The translations under genes and the position numbers were made by a program. The notes beneath the pieces are model-generated. The model was not told the origin of the DNA. It ran no database searches and saw only the letters and a list, made by a program, of their open reading frames with translations. Shown here piece after piece: positions 37,301 to 50,000 of a DNA stretch of 64,000 nt. Position 1 is the first letter of the stretch. The number at the start of each line of letters is the position of its first letter. This DNA is from Vicugna vicugna (taxonomy: Eukaryota): NCBI GenBank assembly GCA_013265495.1, contig MU057801.1:186001-250000 (forward strand). Reading direction: 5' to 3'.

Positions 37301-40300
37301 GCTCATTACTTTCCCAGAGCAGGGGCGGGAGAATAGACGCGCTCAGCATCTGCCGTGCCGAGCACCAGGGACGCAGTGAGCGTGACACTCACGTTGTCAG
37401 GGGGACAGACGGTGAACAGGAGCATCAGGTGGTGACAAGCGCCATGCAGAGACCCGGGCCAGCGCGCTCAGCGGGGAGACCGGCCAGAGCGTGGGTCCTG
37501 GCTCTCTGCTGTCTCCTGAACACTTGTGTAGGCACGCAGTTACGGAAGTCACAGCTTGGGCTGGGATCAGGGAAACAGTACGCTTTTTAAAGGAAACCTC
37601 CTTCAGCACACTGGACTGTCCGTCACTTCCCTGCTCCTTAACGAGCCCCAGTACGGGATCCCCTTCTACCTGCAGTACCTCGCCCACTGGCCGGAGTATT
37701 TCATCGTGGCAGAGGCGCCCGGCGGGGAGCTGATGGGTTACAGTGAGTATCCCACCGCCGGTGCGCTGGGGGAGGCAGGTCAGATGAAAGGAGAGGTTTT
37801 AACTGATTATTTGAGATCAGCTGCAGAGTTGGAATTATAATCATGATATAATCATGATCATTTTATCCCCTTTTCAGCCATTTGACAACTCGCTGATGCC
37901 CTGATGTTTTAGGCGCTGTGCTAGGCCCAGGGCGTACGGCAGTGACTGGGCAGTCTTGGATCTTTTGTTCTGTATTTACATTAAATTTCTACATGATTTG
38001 GTACATAACGCAGAGATTGTACCATCCGCATTGAATTAGTAGCCTTGCTAACAAAAATTTGAGCATACATACTCTGGTTCTGTGTTCAAAATTAGTTGTG
38101 TTTTTAGTATCATTCCTTTAAAACCGTTTTAAAATTCTGATTCTACAATTAGATTTAACATTATATTTACAAGTGAAATTCAAATAAAAGCACTCATAAC
38201 CATCAGCTAGATGACTTTATTACGTAGAAATCAGAACCGTCATTACTTTCTTGTAAATGAGAATGTGCCCACAGTACTTGTCTGTGTGTCCCTCCTGTGT
38301 TGCGTGACTGGTGGTCTCCCGTTGGCAGTCATGGGGAAAGCGGAAGGCTCCGTGGCGCGGGAGGAGTGGCACGGCCACGTCACCGCTCTGTCTGTTGCCC
38401 CCGAGTTCCGACGCCTCGGTCTGGCTGCGAAGCTTATGGAGCTGTTAGAGGAGATTTCAGAGAGGTAAGAGCCGGCTTTTCAAATCATAATTTATGAGCT
38501 CTAACCATTTCATTTTTCTGTTGGTGAACATTTATAAGGTTTTTTTCCTTCAGGCTGAGTATCTGTCATGCTTTCCAGTTTTATAGGAATTTCATTTTCA
38601 GCTTCTAATGATCCTTACAACAGTTCTGTCACACTGGGTGATATTATTGTCCTTTGAGGAAAATTAAGGCAAAGTGAGTGACGTGTCTTGGGCTCATGAG
38701 CTGAGTAATTAGTGGACTCAAAATCTAGCCCTCGGAGGTTTGTCCCTGTGGCACATGGTCCTGTGTTCTCTGTGATGCTGTCCTGGCATCTCTGGTTTCT
38801 CACAGTGCCCTAGGCTGAAAGAGAAGTTTAGTCTTAAGCAGCTGGATCCTAACGGCTTACTAAGTATTTATGGCCTGGCAGGCTGAGATGTCCAAGTAGT
38901 TAAATTCATGGAACCAAAGAGTGGAGTGGTGGCCAGGAGGGGAAGTTACTAGTCAGTGGGCATGAGCTCCCGGTTAACAAGGGAGATAAGCTCTAGAGCC
39001 AGATGCACATCAGACCTACATAGTCAGCACTAATGTACATTTAAAGTTTATTAAAAGAGCGTAGATCTCATAGTAAATGCTCTTGGGACAGTAAGATTGA
39101 AAAATGATAAAAACGTATTTTGTTTACAGGAAATATGTGTAAAGGTTAAAGATACACAAATGTTTAAAATTACTATGCAAGTTCTAACTAAAGGAGCGTG
39201 TATTTAAATTAACAAGTCATATTATAGCAGTAATTACCAGAATGAAAAAGGGTCACTGCATGTTAATAAAAGATTTAATCCATCAGGAAAATAATAAAAA
39301 GTTTTAGGTACCCAGTGACATAAGATAAAAATGCAACAAATGACAAAACTACAAGAAATCAGTCACCTTAAGGGCAGACGTGAACGTGCTTCTTTCTGAT
39401 TGTTAGAACAATCAGGGACCGATCAAGGGTACAGAACAGGGGTCAGCAAGCTCGCTTACTGGGCCACGTAGTAAATACGAGGCTTCACAGGCCAGCTAAG
39501 GTCCCTGCTGTGTTATGTTTATATGTATATATTTTTTATTATAAACAACCCTTCAAAATTGTAAAAAAAACAAACAAAAAACATTCTCAGCTTGACAGCA
39601 GTACAAAAATAGGCTGCAGGTGACCCTTGCCTTAACTAATTTCAGTCAGTACTCAGAAGTCCACAAGGAAAGCTATGGCTTCTCTGGCAAATTTTACCAA
39701 CTATTAATGACTATAAATTCACTTTTACACAAACAAAATGAGGGAACAGTCCTCAACTTTTTATTTTTTTTAAGGCTACAAAACTTCACAAGAAATACAA
39801 GGAAGGAAAATTTGAGGAAAATCTCATGAGAAATAGATTAAATAACAGATTAAAAGAAAACGTTTGATATCTCAGTAAATGTAGAAAAAGCCTTGATAAA
39901 ATCCATTGCTCATTCTTGAATTCTCGATTAAAAACTAGGGAAACAGAAAGGAAACAGAAGGGGATAACTGCCTTAACGTGAAAAAAGAATACTCACTAGA
40001 GATCTGTGTAAGTGTCAGTGGCGATGCAATGAATGCTCCCCTCTGAGACCCGGGCAGGACAGGCCTTCCTACGGTCAGCCTCCCCTCAGTGCTTTACTGG
40101 AAATCCTCGCCCACACAGGAAAGTGAGAAAAAAGACACAGGGATCGAGAAGAAACCAAACTTACTTTGGATAGATTGATCGTACAAATAGGAAGCCTACA
40201 AGAATCTACAAATAACTGTTTAGAATTAACAGAAGTTAAGCAGAGCCGTTGGGTACTATACAAACAGAGACATCTGGAAAAGGATGCTGTCTGCCCTGGC

Positions 40301-42568
40301 AGCCTGCAGTACGCCCTCAGGGAACGTCTGACAGAAGCTGTGCACGGCCTGCCGGAGGCGTAACAGCTCTGGGTACTAAGTAGAGAAGCCACCTCGGCAG
40401 CACACTGGTCATTAACCCCGAGTCAGTGTGACTGCAGTCCAAGTCTCAAGTCTTTTCCTGAAACTTCCAGGGGAATGGAAGGAAGGAGCCAAAAAGGGAC
40501 AACACATTTTGAACACAACAAAACCAGCGGATCTGACACCCCCCCTCCCCCCGGTATCAAAGTGTACCGAGCAGACGCTGGGGTGGCTGTGCAGAGCAGG
40601 GGACAGGGCTGCAGAGCAGGGACACGGATGCGGCCACACCTCGGAGGAGGGGCCTGGGATCAGTGGTGAAGGGTGCGCGTTCCAGTGAAGGTGGTGGCAA
40701 CACTGCACATCCACAGGGAAAATTCTTCCCACACCAGTACCTTCCCACACACACACCTCCAGGTCTGTTAACAGCTAGATGCGAAAAGCAAAGCTAAAAA
40801 GCCCTCTGAAGCGCCTTCAGAGGAGACTGTCTCCATGACCTCAGGGTAGAACAGAACTTCTCAGGCCGTAATAAGTGCTGACTGTACAAGCTCAGGGCAG
40901 TGCAGGGACCGTTCATCAAAAGATGCAGACGACAAGCCACAGACTGGACACAGCGCCGTGCCGTGCGTCACATGACAGTGAGCACGCAGAACGCTCGAGC
41001 GCTTCGGGTGGGGGGGTGCAGCAAGGGCCACACAGAATGAGAAATCGAAATGGCCGACAAGGAGATTCAGCCTGGTTAGCCATCGGGCGCGCCAGCCCAG
41101 GTACCCTGAGATGCCGTGGTATTGTAAGGTTTTCAAACATAAAATTCAGCTGCGCCCAGCCTCCTGCCGTGGGAAGGGGTCTTACCCTTCTGTGGGGGTG
41201 TCAGGTGGCACACACAGGTGGGAGACAGGCGTTACCCGATCAAGCTGAAGATGTCCCTGTGAGCCAGTGGTGACACTCCTGCTGTAGACCTTAGGCACTG
41301 TACTGTGAGACACAATAAAATATTCGTAGCAGCGCAGCTGGTTTATCAGTAGGCCCACGTACGGCCCCTCCGTCCACACGGTGGACCATGAGCCAGGACG
41401 TGGACCACGCAGCTCCGGCCGCCCGGGGCAGGTCACTGGAGAGGAGTCTGCTGTGGTTTACAGGGCGCTCCCACAGAGGACCCAACAGGACAGGTGGGCG
41501 ACCTACAGCAAAAAGCCAGGTGCTGACGATCATACAAGTTAGGACGCGGGGACCTCGGGGTCAGGGGGGCTGGCACTGACCAGGGGGACCTAAGGGCTTC
41601 AGGGTTGTGACCAGTGTCCTGGAGCTACATGGCCACACCGGTGCTTTCTTCAGAATCTTTAAATTGTGCATTTGAGTGGAACTATGTATGTCTAATTGGT
41701 AATCACTATGATACCAAATACACTAATTTTTTAAACCCAGTTTGCAGAATTGTGGTTTAAATAAAATGCTTTAATGTTTATCTTTTAAGTAAGCCCGTAG
41801 GTTTTGAGATGTTAACATGCAGAGTCATCTTCGTGTGCTGCAAAGTGGACACTGCGACGTCATCAGACGCAGGGTCCTGTTCGGCCCCCGACGAACAGTC
41901 AAAGCAGGTATTGTTTTAAAAGAAGTGTTTCCTAGGAGTCATCCCGTTCCTTTGTTTTCCCTTTGTAATTACAGGAAGGGCGGGTTTTTTGTCGATCTCT
42001 TTGTGAGAGTGTCTAACCAGGTCGCGGTCAGCATGTACAAGCAGCTGGGCTACAGCGTGTACAGGACGGTCATCGAGTACTACTCGGCCAGCAACGGGGA
42101 GCCCGACGAGGACGCCTACGGTGAGCCGGCCTCCGGGCGGCGCCCGCTCGCTCTAGCGCTCCGGGAGGGGCCGTGTTTGTGGGACTCAGTACCTGAGTCC
42201 CCCCCAGCCTGCCTTTACCAGCCCACCCTGACTAGCTAGCAGGTGGTCACCTGCCGCCAGCTGTCTTGCTCTGCTGCGGGCATCTGTTAGCTGCCTCCCA
42301 GCGGGGCGTGGTTGGTCTGACTCGTGACTGGGAGTCCAGTCCAGACAGGAATACATCTGTCAGCGTCTGGTGGCAGCCGGGGTCAGGGACAAACCTCTTA
42401 CGGGAACTTCACTGTATACGTTAAATCTGATATAAAATACCCTGCTGTCGGGGTACTTACACCAGACTTTGTGTCCTGACAGACATGAGGAAGGCACTTT
42501 CCAGGGACACCGAGAAGAAGTCCATCATACCGCTGCCTCACCCGGTGAGGCCGGAAGACATCGAATAG
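31260..42568 (+). CDS. NAA20: N-alpha-acetyltransferase 20 (NatB catalytic subunit), 178 aa; join(31260..31312,35224..35248,37652..37742,38329..38464,41975..42120,42483..42568)
   Basis: Exons sum to 537 nt and read MTTLRAFTCDDLFRFNNINLDPLTETYGIPFYLQY...RRLGLA (acetyl-CoA motif)...HPVRPEDIE*. Confidence 0.97.
31481..31566. repeat. 31-bp GC-rich tandem repeat (~2.7 copies) in NAA20 intron 1
   Basis: ggggaagcggggccggtgcgggagac repeated with period 31. Confidence 0.85.
35224..35248 (+). CDS. NAA20: NAA20 exon 2 (25-nt microexon)
   Basis: ttttag| acceptor; encodes NLDPLTET; U12-type donor |GTATCCTTT. Confidence 0.93.
35249..37651 (+). other. NAA20: U12-type (minor spliceosome) GT-AG intron, NAA20 intron 2
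   Basis: 5' site GTATCCTTT; branch site TCCTTAAC at 37635-37642, with the AG at 37650-37651 and no pyrimidine tract between them. Confidence 0.92.
36300..36497. mobile_element. MER58A-like hAT remnant
   Basis: 'ggacctggcccaccgcctgctgttgt...ccacgtggcccac...cttgaatgttcacagtctgg'. Confidence 0.55.
37652..37742 (+). CDS. NAA20: NAA20 exon 3
   Basis: YGIPFYLQYLAHWPEY...ELMGY; |gtgagt donor. Confidence 0.95.
38329..38464 (+). CDS. NAA20: NAA20 exon 4
   Basis: MGKAEGS...WHGHVTALSVAPEFRRLGLA; |gtaaga donor. Confidence 0.95.
38890..41700 (+). mobile_element. Cluster of highly decayed L1 remnants with a nested MER58B-like element (~39438-39630)
   Basis: A-rich degenerate ORF2-like motifs (aaatgtagaaaaagccttgataaaatcc; ctggaaatcctcgccc; ctgtttagaattaac). 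Boundaries are approximate. Confidence 0.55.
41975..42120 (+). CDS. NAA20: NAA20 exon 5
   Basis: KGGFFVDLFVRVSN...EDAY; ttacag| acceptor and |gtgagc donor. Confidence 0.95.
42483..42568 (+). CDS. NAA20: NAA20 exon 6 coding part
   Basis: DMRKALSRDTEKKSIIPLPHPVRPEDIE followed by TAG. Confidence 0.95.
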
Positions 42569-42980
42569 CCACGGGCAGTGGTTCCCAGGCCGAGGCGCTC
42601 CCGGTAGTTTATGGACAATAGGGTTTTCATTAGTTGACCGTGGAGCGCTATTAGGAGAAAAGGGAATCGTTCGGATCGTAAAGACTTCAAGAAAGTACAG
42701 GCTGTAAGCGTATTTTAAATCTCATTTCCAATTAGCAATATCATACCTTCTAAAGCTGTTCATTGTAACAAAAGTCAACCAAAAAGGCAGCTTGGTCAGA
42801 AGGAACGTTCCACTGCCACAGTCCCTACAAGCAGATTCATGGTATGCCGGGGGAAAGCCTGCTCCAGCCTCCTAAATTCTGTGCCTGAGAACCACTGCTG
42901 CATTGATTTTTTTTATTTTGTATTGAACTGTTCATTGAAGCTTTAAAAGCATATATGAAATGTCTAAACCCAAGATGTAT

Positions 42981-42986
42981 AATAAA
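42981..42986 (+). terminator. NAA20: NAA20 polyadenylation signal AATAAA
   Basis: Canonical hexamer ~410 nt after the stop, preceded by TGTA and followed by GT-rich sequence. Confidence 0.8.
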
Positions 42987-43886
42987 ATGCACTGTTGACT
43001 CTGAATGTTTTGTGAAAGTGTGCTGGTCATTTATAAAACTAATCAAGATCGAGGAAGGTCATCATTTAGGATCTGTTGTTTCTCCTGGAGTTTAGTTTAT
43101 ATACGAAGCGTTCTCAGGGTGCGTCCCTGAACGGCCCCTGCCCAGCACACCCAAGCGTCCTCCTCACTGCACAGGGCGTTCTTCCCGCACGCTTGCTTCC
43201 ACACCGCCCGTCTCAGATCCTTGTCTCATCTCTCTGCTTAAATCCTGCCTTTCAAAACATAGGAAGATGCTAAGGTTTATTTAAAGGGGAAAAGAATCCC
43301 AAATTCCTAAAGAAAGGCCACGTCACCAGAGCGCAGGCTCACACGGTTTCCACGTACTTTTCATTACCTGTAGTCTAGTCTGAAAATACCCCACGAGGAA
43401 AAGCAGCAGCTAAAGAAACCCGCAGAAATGGTGACTAAAAACCACCTCCTTTTGAAAGGACTTTGGTGGAGTGGCGGGTGAGAGAAAAGCGAGCTCTTTA
43501 ACTTTCCCTTCCACGCGTTTTCACACCGGCACGCCGCGTGCCTGAGTGGGGCTGGGGTTCACACTGAGACCCTGACTGCTGGTCCTCTGCTCACACGTAC
43601 ATGCCGCGTCAACAGTGGGGTTGTGACCAGTCACTTACAGTAGCATTCTGGCCTGTTTTCACGTGCCCCTGCGCACTTAGCCAGCTCGCATCTCGGTGTT
43701 CCTCCTCACCGGCTGGACAGACCTCGGTCCTTGAAGGTCAGAGCCTGTGACCCCAGGAGCCGACGCCGGCCCGCGGCTGAAGCAGCGAGGCCGAAAGTAG
43801 GTTTGCTTTTACCTGCTGGTCCTCGTCCCTTCTGCCCGCCAACACTTGTACGTTCAAGATACAATTCAGTACCACGCTGACTAGTT

Positions 43887-43892
43887 TTTATT
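43887..43892 (-). terminator. CRNKL1: Candidate distal CRNKL1 polyadenylation signal (AATAAA on minus strand)
   Basis: tttatt on the plus strand, with TGTA upstream on the minus strand; usage is inferred. Confidence 0.45.
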
Positions 43893-44629
43893 CCCCACAG
43901 TGAATACATTTGAAAATCTACTAACAAATTTGCAAATAAAAAATTTCCTAATTCTCCTTACAGGTGAAAAAACATGATACAGTTCTAGTCAAATAGCTTG
44001 GTCAGTGAACAAAACAAAAAACAGGCTTGAGAAATACAGGCCAGATTAAAGGAGACAATCTCTCAGACCGGTTAATTAAGGCCAACGTTTTCTGCTTGAA
44101 CATACAAGTAACATCATCAACCAGCAAATACATCACCCCGCGCGCCGCTGCTTTACTTCGTCACTTAGCACGCTCTGTACCAGGGCTCAGTTTAAGGCAT
44201 CAGGTTTTACGGGCAGGCGGTCTCTGGCGCAGCACTTGGCAATGGTTACCAGTATTCTGGGTGGAAGTGGTTCCCTGTCCACTGAGTTTGGGAAGTTCGG
44301 CCAGCACTGCTCCTGGGGATTCAGTGTCTGGGAGCCTGTCACAGGCTCTGAGAGGCCTAACTATAGAGAGGTCTGTCAACAAGGCCCACCCTTCACCCAG
44401 GGTTTCCCAAGCTCACTGGGGCATGGGACCCGAATCGCAGCTCTTGTATTACTGTTCTTTAAACAAGCCACTACAGAGCTGAGCCAGTCTGGGAAACTGA
44501 TTACAGTATAACTGAAGTTCAACAAAAAGGTTCTTGTTAAAAAGAACTTGTTGAGAAATACAGTCACTGTAACTTTCCAACTAGTGTCTTCAAAAGCACT
44601 TAGTATAAATGGCCATTAAGAGGGCACAG

Positions 44630-46276
44630 ATATTTACCATATTACTCAAGGCAGTCTACAGATTCAACGTGGTCCCTATCAAATTACCCAGGACATTTTT
44701 CATAGAACTAGAACAAACAATCCTAAAATTTATATGGAATCAAAAAAGACCCAGAATTGCCAAAGCAATATTGAAAAAAACAAAGCAGGAGGAATAACCC
44801 TTCCAGACTTCAGATAGTACTACAGAGCTCCAGTCATCAAAACAGCATGGTATTGGCACAAAAACAGACATGGGTCAATGGAACAGAATAGAGCCCAGAA
44901 ATAAACCCACAGACCTATGGCCAATTAATCAACAAAGGAGGCCTGAACATACAATGGAGAAAAGACAGTCTCTTCAGTGAGTGGTGCTGGGAAAACTGGA
45001 CAGCTGCATATAAACCAATGAAGTGAGAACACTCCCTCACTCCATACACAAAAGTAAACTCAAAATGGCTTAAAGACAAAAATAAGACATGATAAACCTC
45101 CTAGAAGAAAACAGGCAAAACATTCTGACACATCTCAGCAGTGTTCTCCTAGGGCGGTCTACCAAAGCAATAAAAATAGTAGCAAAACTAAACAAATGGG
45201 ACCTGATCAAACATATAAGCAAAGGAAACCATAAGCAAAGCAAAATGACAATCTACGGAATGGGAGAAAATATTTCTGTGACAGACAAAGGCTTAATTTC
45301 CAGGATATATAAGCAGCTCATACAACTTAGTAACAAAAAACCACCAACCAATCCCAAAATGGGCAGAAGACCTAAACAAGCAATTCTCCAATGAAGACAT
45401 AGATGGCCAACAGGCACATGAAAAAATGCTCAACATTGCTAATTACCAAAGAAATGCAAATCAAAACTACAATGAGGTGTCAACTCACACCAGTCAGAAT
45501 GGCCGTCATTAAAAAATCACAAACGACAAATGCTGCAGAGGGTGTGGAGAAAAGGGAGCCCTCCTGCACTGCTGGGGGAACGTAGTTTGGTGCAGCCACT
45601 GTCAAAAACAGTATGGAGAGTCCTCAAAAAACTAAAAACAGACCTACCAGATGACCCAGCAACCCCACTCCTGGGCGTATATCCAGCAGAAACTCTAATT
45701 TAAAAAGATACATGCACCCCAGTGTGAGCAGAGGACCAAGACATGGAAGCAGCCTAAGTGTCCACGGACAGATGACTGGATAAAGCAGTTGTGGTACATA
45801 TCTACATGCAATGGAATACTACTCAGCCATAAATAAGAATAATGCATACTGCAGCAACATGGATGGACCTAGAGAGCGTTAGACATTCTAAGTGAAGTAA
45901 GCCAGAAAAAGAAAGAAAAATACCATATGGTATCACTTGTATGCGGAATCTAGAAAAAAGAGAAAGACACTATGAACTCATCTACGAAACAGACAGACTC
46001 AGACATAGTAAGCAATCTTACGGTTATCAGGTAAAGCGGGTGGGAAGGGATAAATTTGGGAGTCTGAGATTTGGCAAATGTTAACTACTATATATAAAAA
46101 TAGATTTTAAAAAAGTTTGTTCTGTACAGCACCGGGAACTATGTTTAGTATCTTGTAATAACCTTCAATGAAAAAGAATATGAAAACAAATATATGTATG
46201 TACATGCATGACTGGGACAGTGTGCTGTAACCAGAAATTGACACACTATGACTGTACTTCAATTACAGAAAAAAAA
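44630..46276 (+). mobile_element. ~1.65-kb 5'-truncated L1 (ORF2 3' part plus 3' UTR)
   Basis: ORF2 motifs [27 protein letters not shown] and MANRHMKKCST; frameshifted; A-rich end. Confidence 0.93.
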
Positions 46277-46906
46277 CCCTGAAAGTAATATAGATAGAGT
46301 CCATGAGGAATGAACGTCTATTTAAAAAAGTGGCTGGGAATGAACACTTTACTGGGCACTTACTCTGTCCCAGGTATATTCTTTTCTACTATAATCTTCA
46401 AAATGCTGTCATTTTATGAGAAGAAACTAAAAATAGAGGTTCGTATCACTAGGTGGCAGAGCTGGGAATGGCACACACGCATGTCAGCGTGACTCTTAAG
46501 ATGTGAGTAAGTTACAGGTTTCAGATGAATGCAGAAAAATATGAAGAAGACAAGTACGAGAAAACTTTACCTTAGAAGTTACTGTGGAATGTAACTTAAA
46601 AACCTCTAGAAAAGGACTTTTTGAAGCCTGTGGTTCCATCTAAAATAGATGCTAAGCATTACCTTAATCAGATTTCCTTATGCACAATGGGGACACAAAA
46701 CAGTTAGACTCAGATAAAGAAATCTAGCAGTTAAAAAAATTCCTTTACTTGCAAACCCCACCCCTAACTAACCCCAGAGCATTTTAAAAATAATTCAAAA
46801 AATAGTTGTCAGAGATTATCAATTCATTATCAGTGAAATATCCAAAAACTTAACACGAATCACAAGAGTTCCAAAATGTAAATTTATAAAAATAATAAAA
46901 AGTCTG

Positions 46907-47092
46907 TCAACAGGGACCAGAAGGCCCGGGTTCACTGTCTGCAGGGTCCTTGTCCGGGTCCTGCTCCCCAGCCTCCTTCTCCTGCTGCTGTTTCTTCCAG
47001 AGCTTGGCCATGGCCAGGAGCCGGAGGTTGGGCTGGTTGGCAGCATCCTCCGGAAAGATGTAATCATAGTATTCTTCCCAGCCTGCGTCAGA
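46907..47092 (-). CDS. CRNKL1: CRNKL1 exon 14 coding part
   Basis: [16 protein letters not shown]...GPC followed by TGA. Confidence 0.92.
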   Translation of the reverse strand, partial: SDAGWEEYYDYIFPEDAANQPNLRLLAMAKLWKKQQQEKEAGEQDPDKDPADSEPGPSGPC

Positions 47093-50000
47093 CTAGAGAA
47101 GCAAGACAGTTAAAAGATGAGCTACCATGTGGCTGAAATGCATTTGACTAGAGTTTTCACTGGGAAACCCAGGGTTCAAATTCAACTTCTCTTCATTTTG
47201 CAAAGTAACATCAAAGTCTACGACAGAAAGAACGAGGGCTGGGCCCGGAAGATCGGGAGTCAGTAACTGCTGTCAAATGGTGCTTCTGAGAGCTAAAAAC
47301 CCAGTGGAAAAAATTCTAAAAATTCAAGCACAGTTCTCCATGGTCAACCAAGGAGGCAGTGGGCGTCTTCAACCCCATCTTGCAGTCTTCCATGTCAGAT
47401 TTTAAATTTCTCAAGATTTACTGAATCTTTACCCAGTGGTGAAGGCCGTACACCTGAGGTTAGTCTGGCTCCCCGCCCTCACATCCCACCTCCAACAGGG
47501 CGCTGAGCTTGCTTCCCAAAGATCGCTCTGGTGCCGGCTCCCACCACCACTTGCTTTGTTTCCAACAGCCTCCCGACAGATGGTCCTCCAACCAAGCCCC
47601 TCAAATCGCCTGCAGGAGACGCCTTGCACTGCCTGCAAAGCCTTCTCTGGATTGGCTCCGACCTAATGGCTGAGTTTTCAGTTCCCTCCACCCTAACTTC
47701 CTGCTTGATGCTCCAGAAACACCAGACTTCAGAGTTCCAGCAGAAGCCTTTGCCAACCTCCCCCTTCCTCGCCCCCTGGGGGGAGCACACACCCAGCTGT
47801 GTCTCCCCCCGACCCCCCGGGGCCTCAGACTGCACGTGGGGACCAGCTCCGGGGGCTCGTCCTTACCCCGTCATCAGCCTGCACCTTTCTTCTCTTCTTG
47901 ACTTTCTCTGGCATGAGCTTGTCGACTCTCTCCTTATCTGACACTGTTCCAAATTCATCTTCAAAGCTTCGCCAAGATTCCAGCAGCATAAGTCTCTCTT
48001 CCTTTTCCTCACAGTTTCGCATGGTTTTGTTCGCCTCTTCGTAGATTTGTCTGCATTTAGCCACGCTTCCTTCTTTCCCTGAAGACAACTCAAACTGTGC
48101 AAAACTGATCCATACCTTTAAAAAAAAAGTACAGAACCAAATTAACCATGTCACCCAGAAAACGATATGATAATAAAGCTAACTTCCTGTTAATGACACC
48201 TGGACACGCTAACGTGTTCATCACTAGTATACCAGACAACATAACACACCGACTACATGCTGCAGCTGAAGCAGCCTGCTGCTTTCTATAGCCAATAAAC
48301 TGGCTGATGTAGTTTTCAAATCCTGAAAGTTTAACTTTTTATTCAACTCTGTAATACCAAAGTTATTCACATGCAGTGTATTGACCAGGTATAAGCTTAA
48401 CATTCCAAAGTCCTCTGAGGCTCACAAGCTCTCTGTAAAAGGAAGGAAGCCATTGAAAATAAATATATGTTACAAAAATTTTTTAAATACAGAAATATAC
48501 TAGTTCTTCAGGACCGCTGACACGAGGGAAATCAGCCCCCCCGCGAAGCAGAGGGTACCTTGACGTGCTGCGTGCGCTGAAGCAGTCGTCGATAAAGATT
48601 CCGGGTTCTCTCAGTTTCTTCCTGCTCGATTTCAAAATCAATGTATGATTTCCAAAGCACCTAAGAAAGAAAACGTCCCATGTCGGCCTCGACATTTAAG
48701 AAGCAACGTGACCCTCTCCAAAACACAGCCTAATAGCACTCCAACTAGGACATCAGGAACCCAGAACTTTCACGAGTTAAGTAAAGAACAGACAGTGTGT
48801 GGATACAGCAAATGACACCGCTGTTTACAAGCTGGACAAAACTGGCCAGGATTCTAGATTATGAGAAAAAAGACCTTGGATTAATTTTTGGATTCTCTTT
48901 TGGAGTTTCTCAAATGTTGGGCTATCAAGAAGAGCAGAGAAACCTACCAGATCTCCCGGGCACTGTCATGACCCTGCACATACAATGAACTTGTGGGGAG
49001 GAAACAGCCCTACATCAGCCAGCACGCACTAGACACACCAGCTTTACCTCCACTGTGACTTCCGTGATGTGTCTGAGCTCAGCTCAACTAGCAGCCACTG
49101 AACAGCTGCCCACTTGCTCAGTACAGCCTGTCAGGGCACAGGGACGAGTAAGCCGTGGCCTGAATGTCAGGGAGCTGCAGTCTGGGGGGGCCTGCAGTCT
49201 GGGGGGATCTGCAGTCTGGAGGGACCTGTAGCCTGGGGGGAGCTGCAGCCTGGGAGGGGAGCTGCAGCATAGGGGAGGAGCTGCAGCCGGGGGACGGGAG
49301 CTGCAGTTGCAGGGTGGGGGCTGCAGTCTGGGAGGAGCCACAGTCTGTGGGAGCTGCAGTCTGGGATGGGAAGCTGCAGCCTAGGGGGGAACTGCAGCCT
49401 AGGCGGAGAGCTGCAGTCTGGGGGGGGAGAGCTGCAGTCTAGGGGGGGAGCTGCAGTCTGGGGAGCAGCTGAGGCCAGCTGGTGGGGCCGGTGACACGTA
49501 AAGCCCTGGCCCACCGCAGTCAGTGGGCCTGGTGAACCATCCGTTGCAGGTGCGCGTTAGTGCAAGGCCAACAAAACGGCTGAGTGAGCTCACTGGTTCC
49601 TGAGGGATTCAAATCGGTCTTAGCTGCCGTCTGGCGCCACCTTGTGGCTTAAGCTTGGCCCCTGCAGGGATGATCTGGGGCCCTGGGGCCACCCAGGACT
49701 CCCCACAGTGACAGCAGCACCTCCAGGAACACCCCGGTTCAGTTAGGGCCTAACCCAGGCAGAGCCGCGCCCGGAGAACCCGGGGACGCGCAGACTCCTC
49801 CTGGGTCTCGCCTGCTCTCCAGGCGGCCTCGGCTGGGCTGCCCCGGCCCGCACCCTCAGCCTTCTGTGTGAGAAAGGGAGGAGCCCGCCACCCACCCGTA
49901 ACACCCACGTCATCCTGGCCTCACAGTGCGGCTCTGCTGTGCTCTGGGACCCGACTGAGGGCTGCTTCCCCCACCTCCTGTCTTAGATGGTCACGTGCGG

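Noticed and set aside
44609..45585. ORFs resembling the reverse-transcriptase protein C-terminus
   Set aside because: Frameshifted fragments of a dead, 5'-truncated L1; not a functional gene.
49084..49593. Repetitive Pro/Ser/Cys-rich ORFs and a CRISPR-like periodicity
   Set aside because: This is a minisatellite without unique spacers in a mammalian intron; the ORFs are by-products of the repeat.
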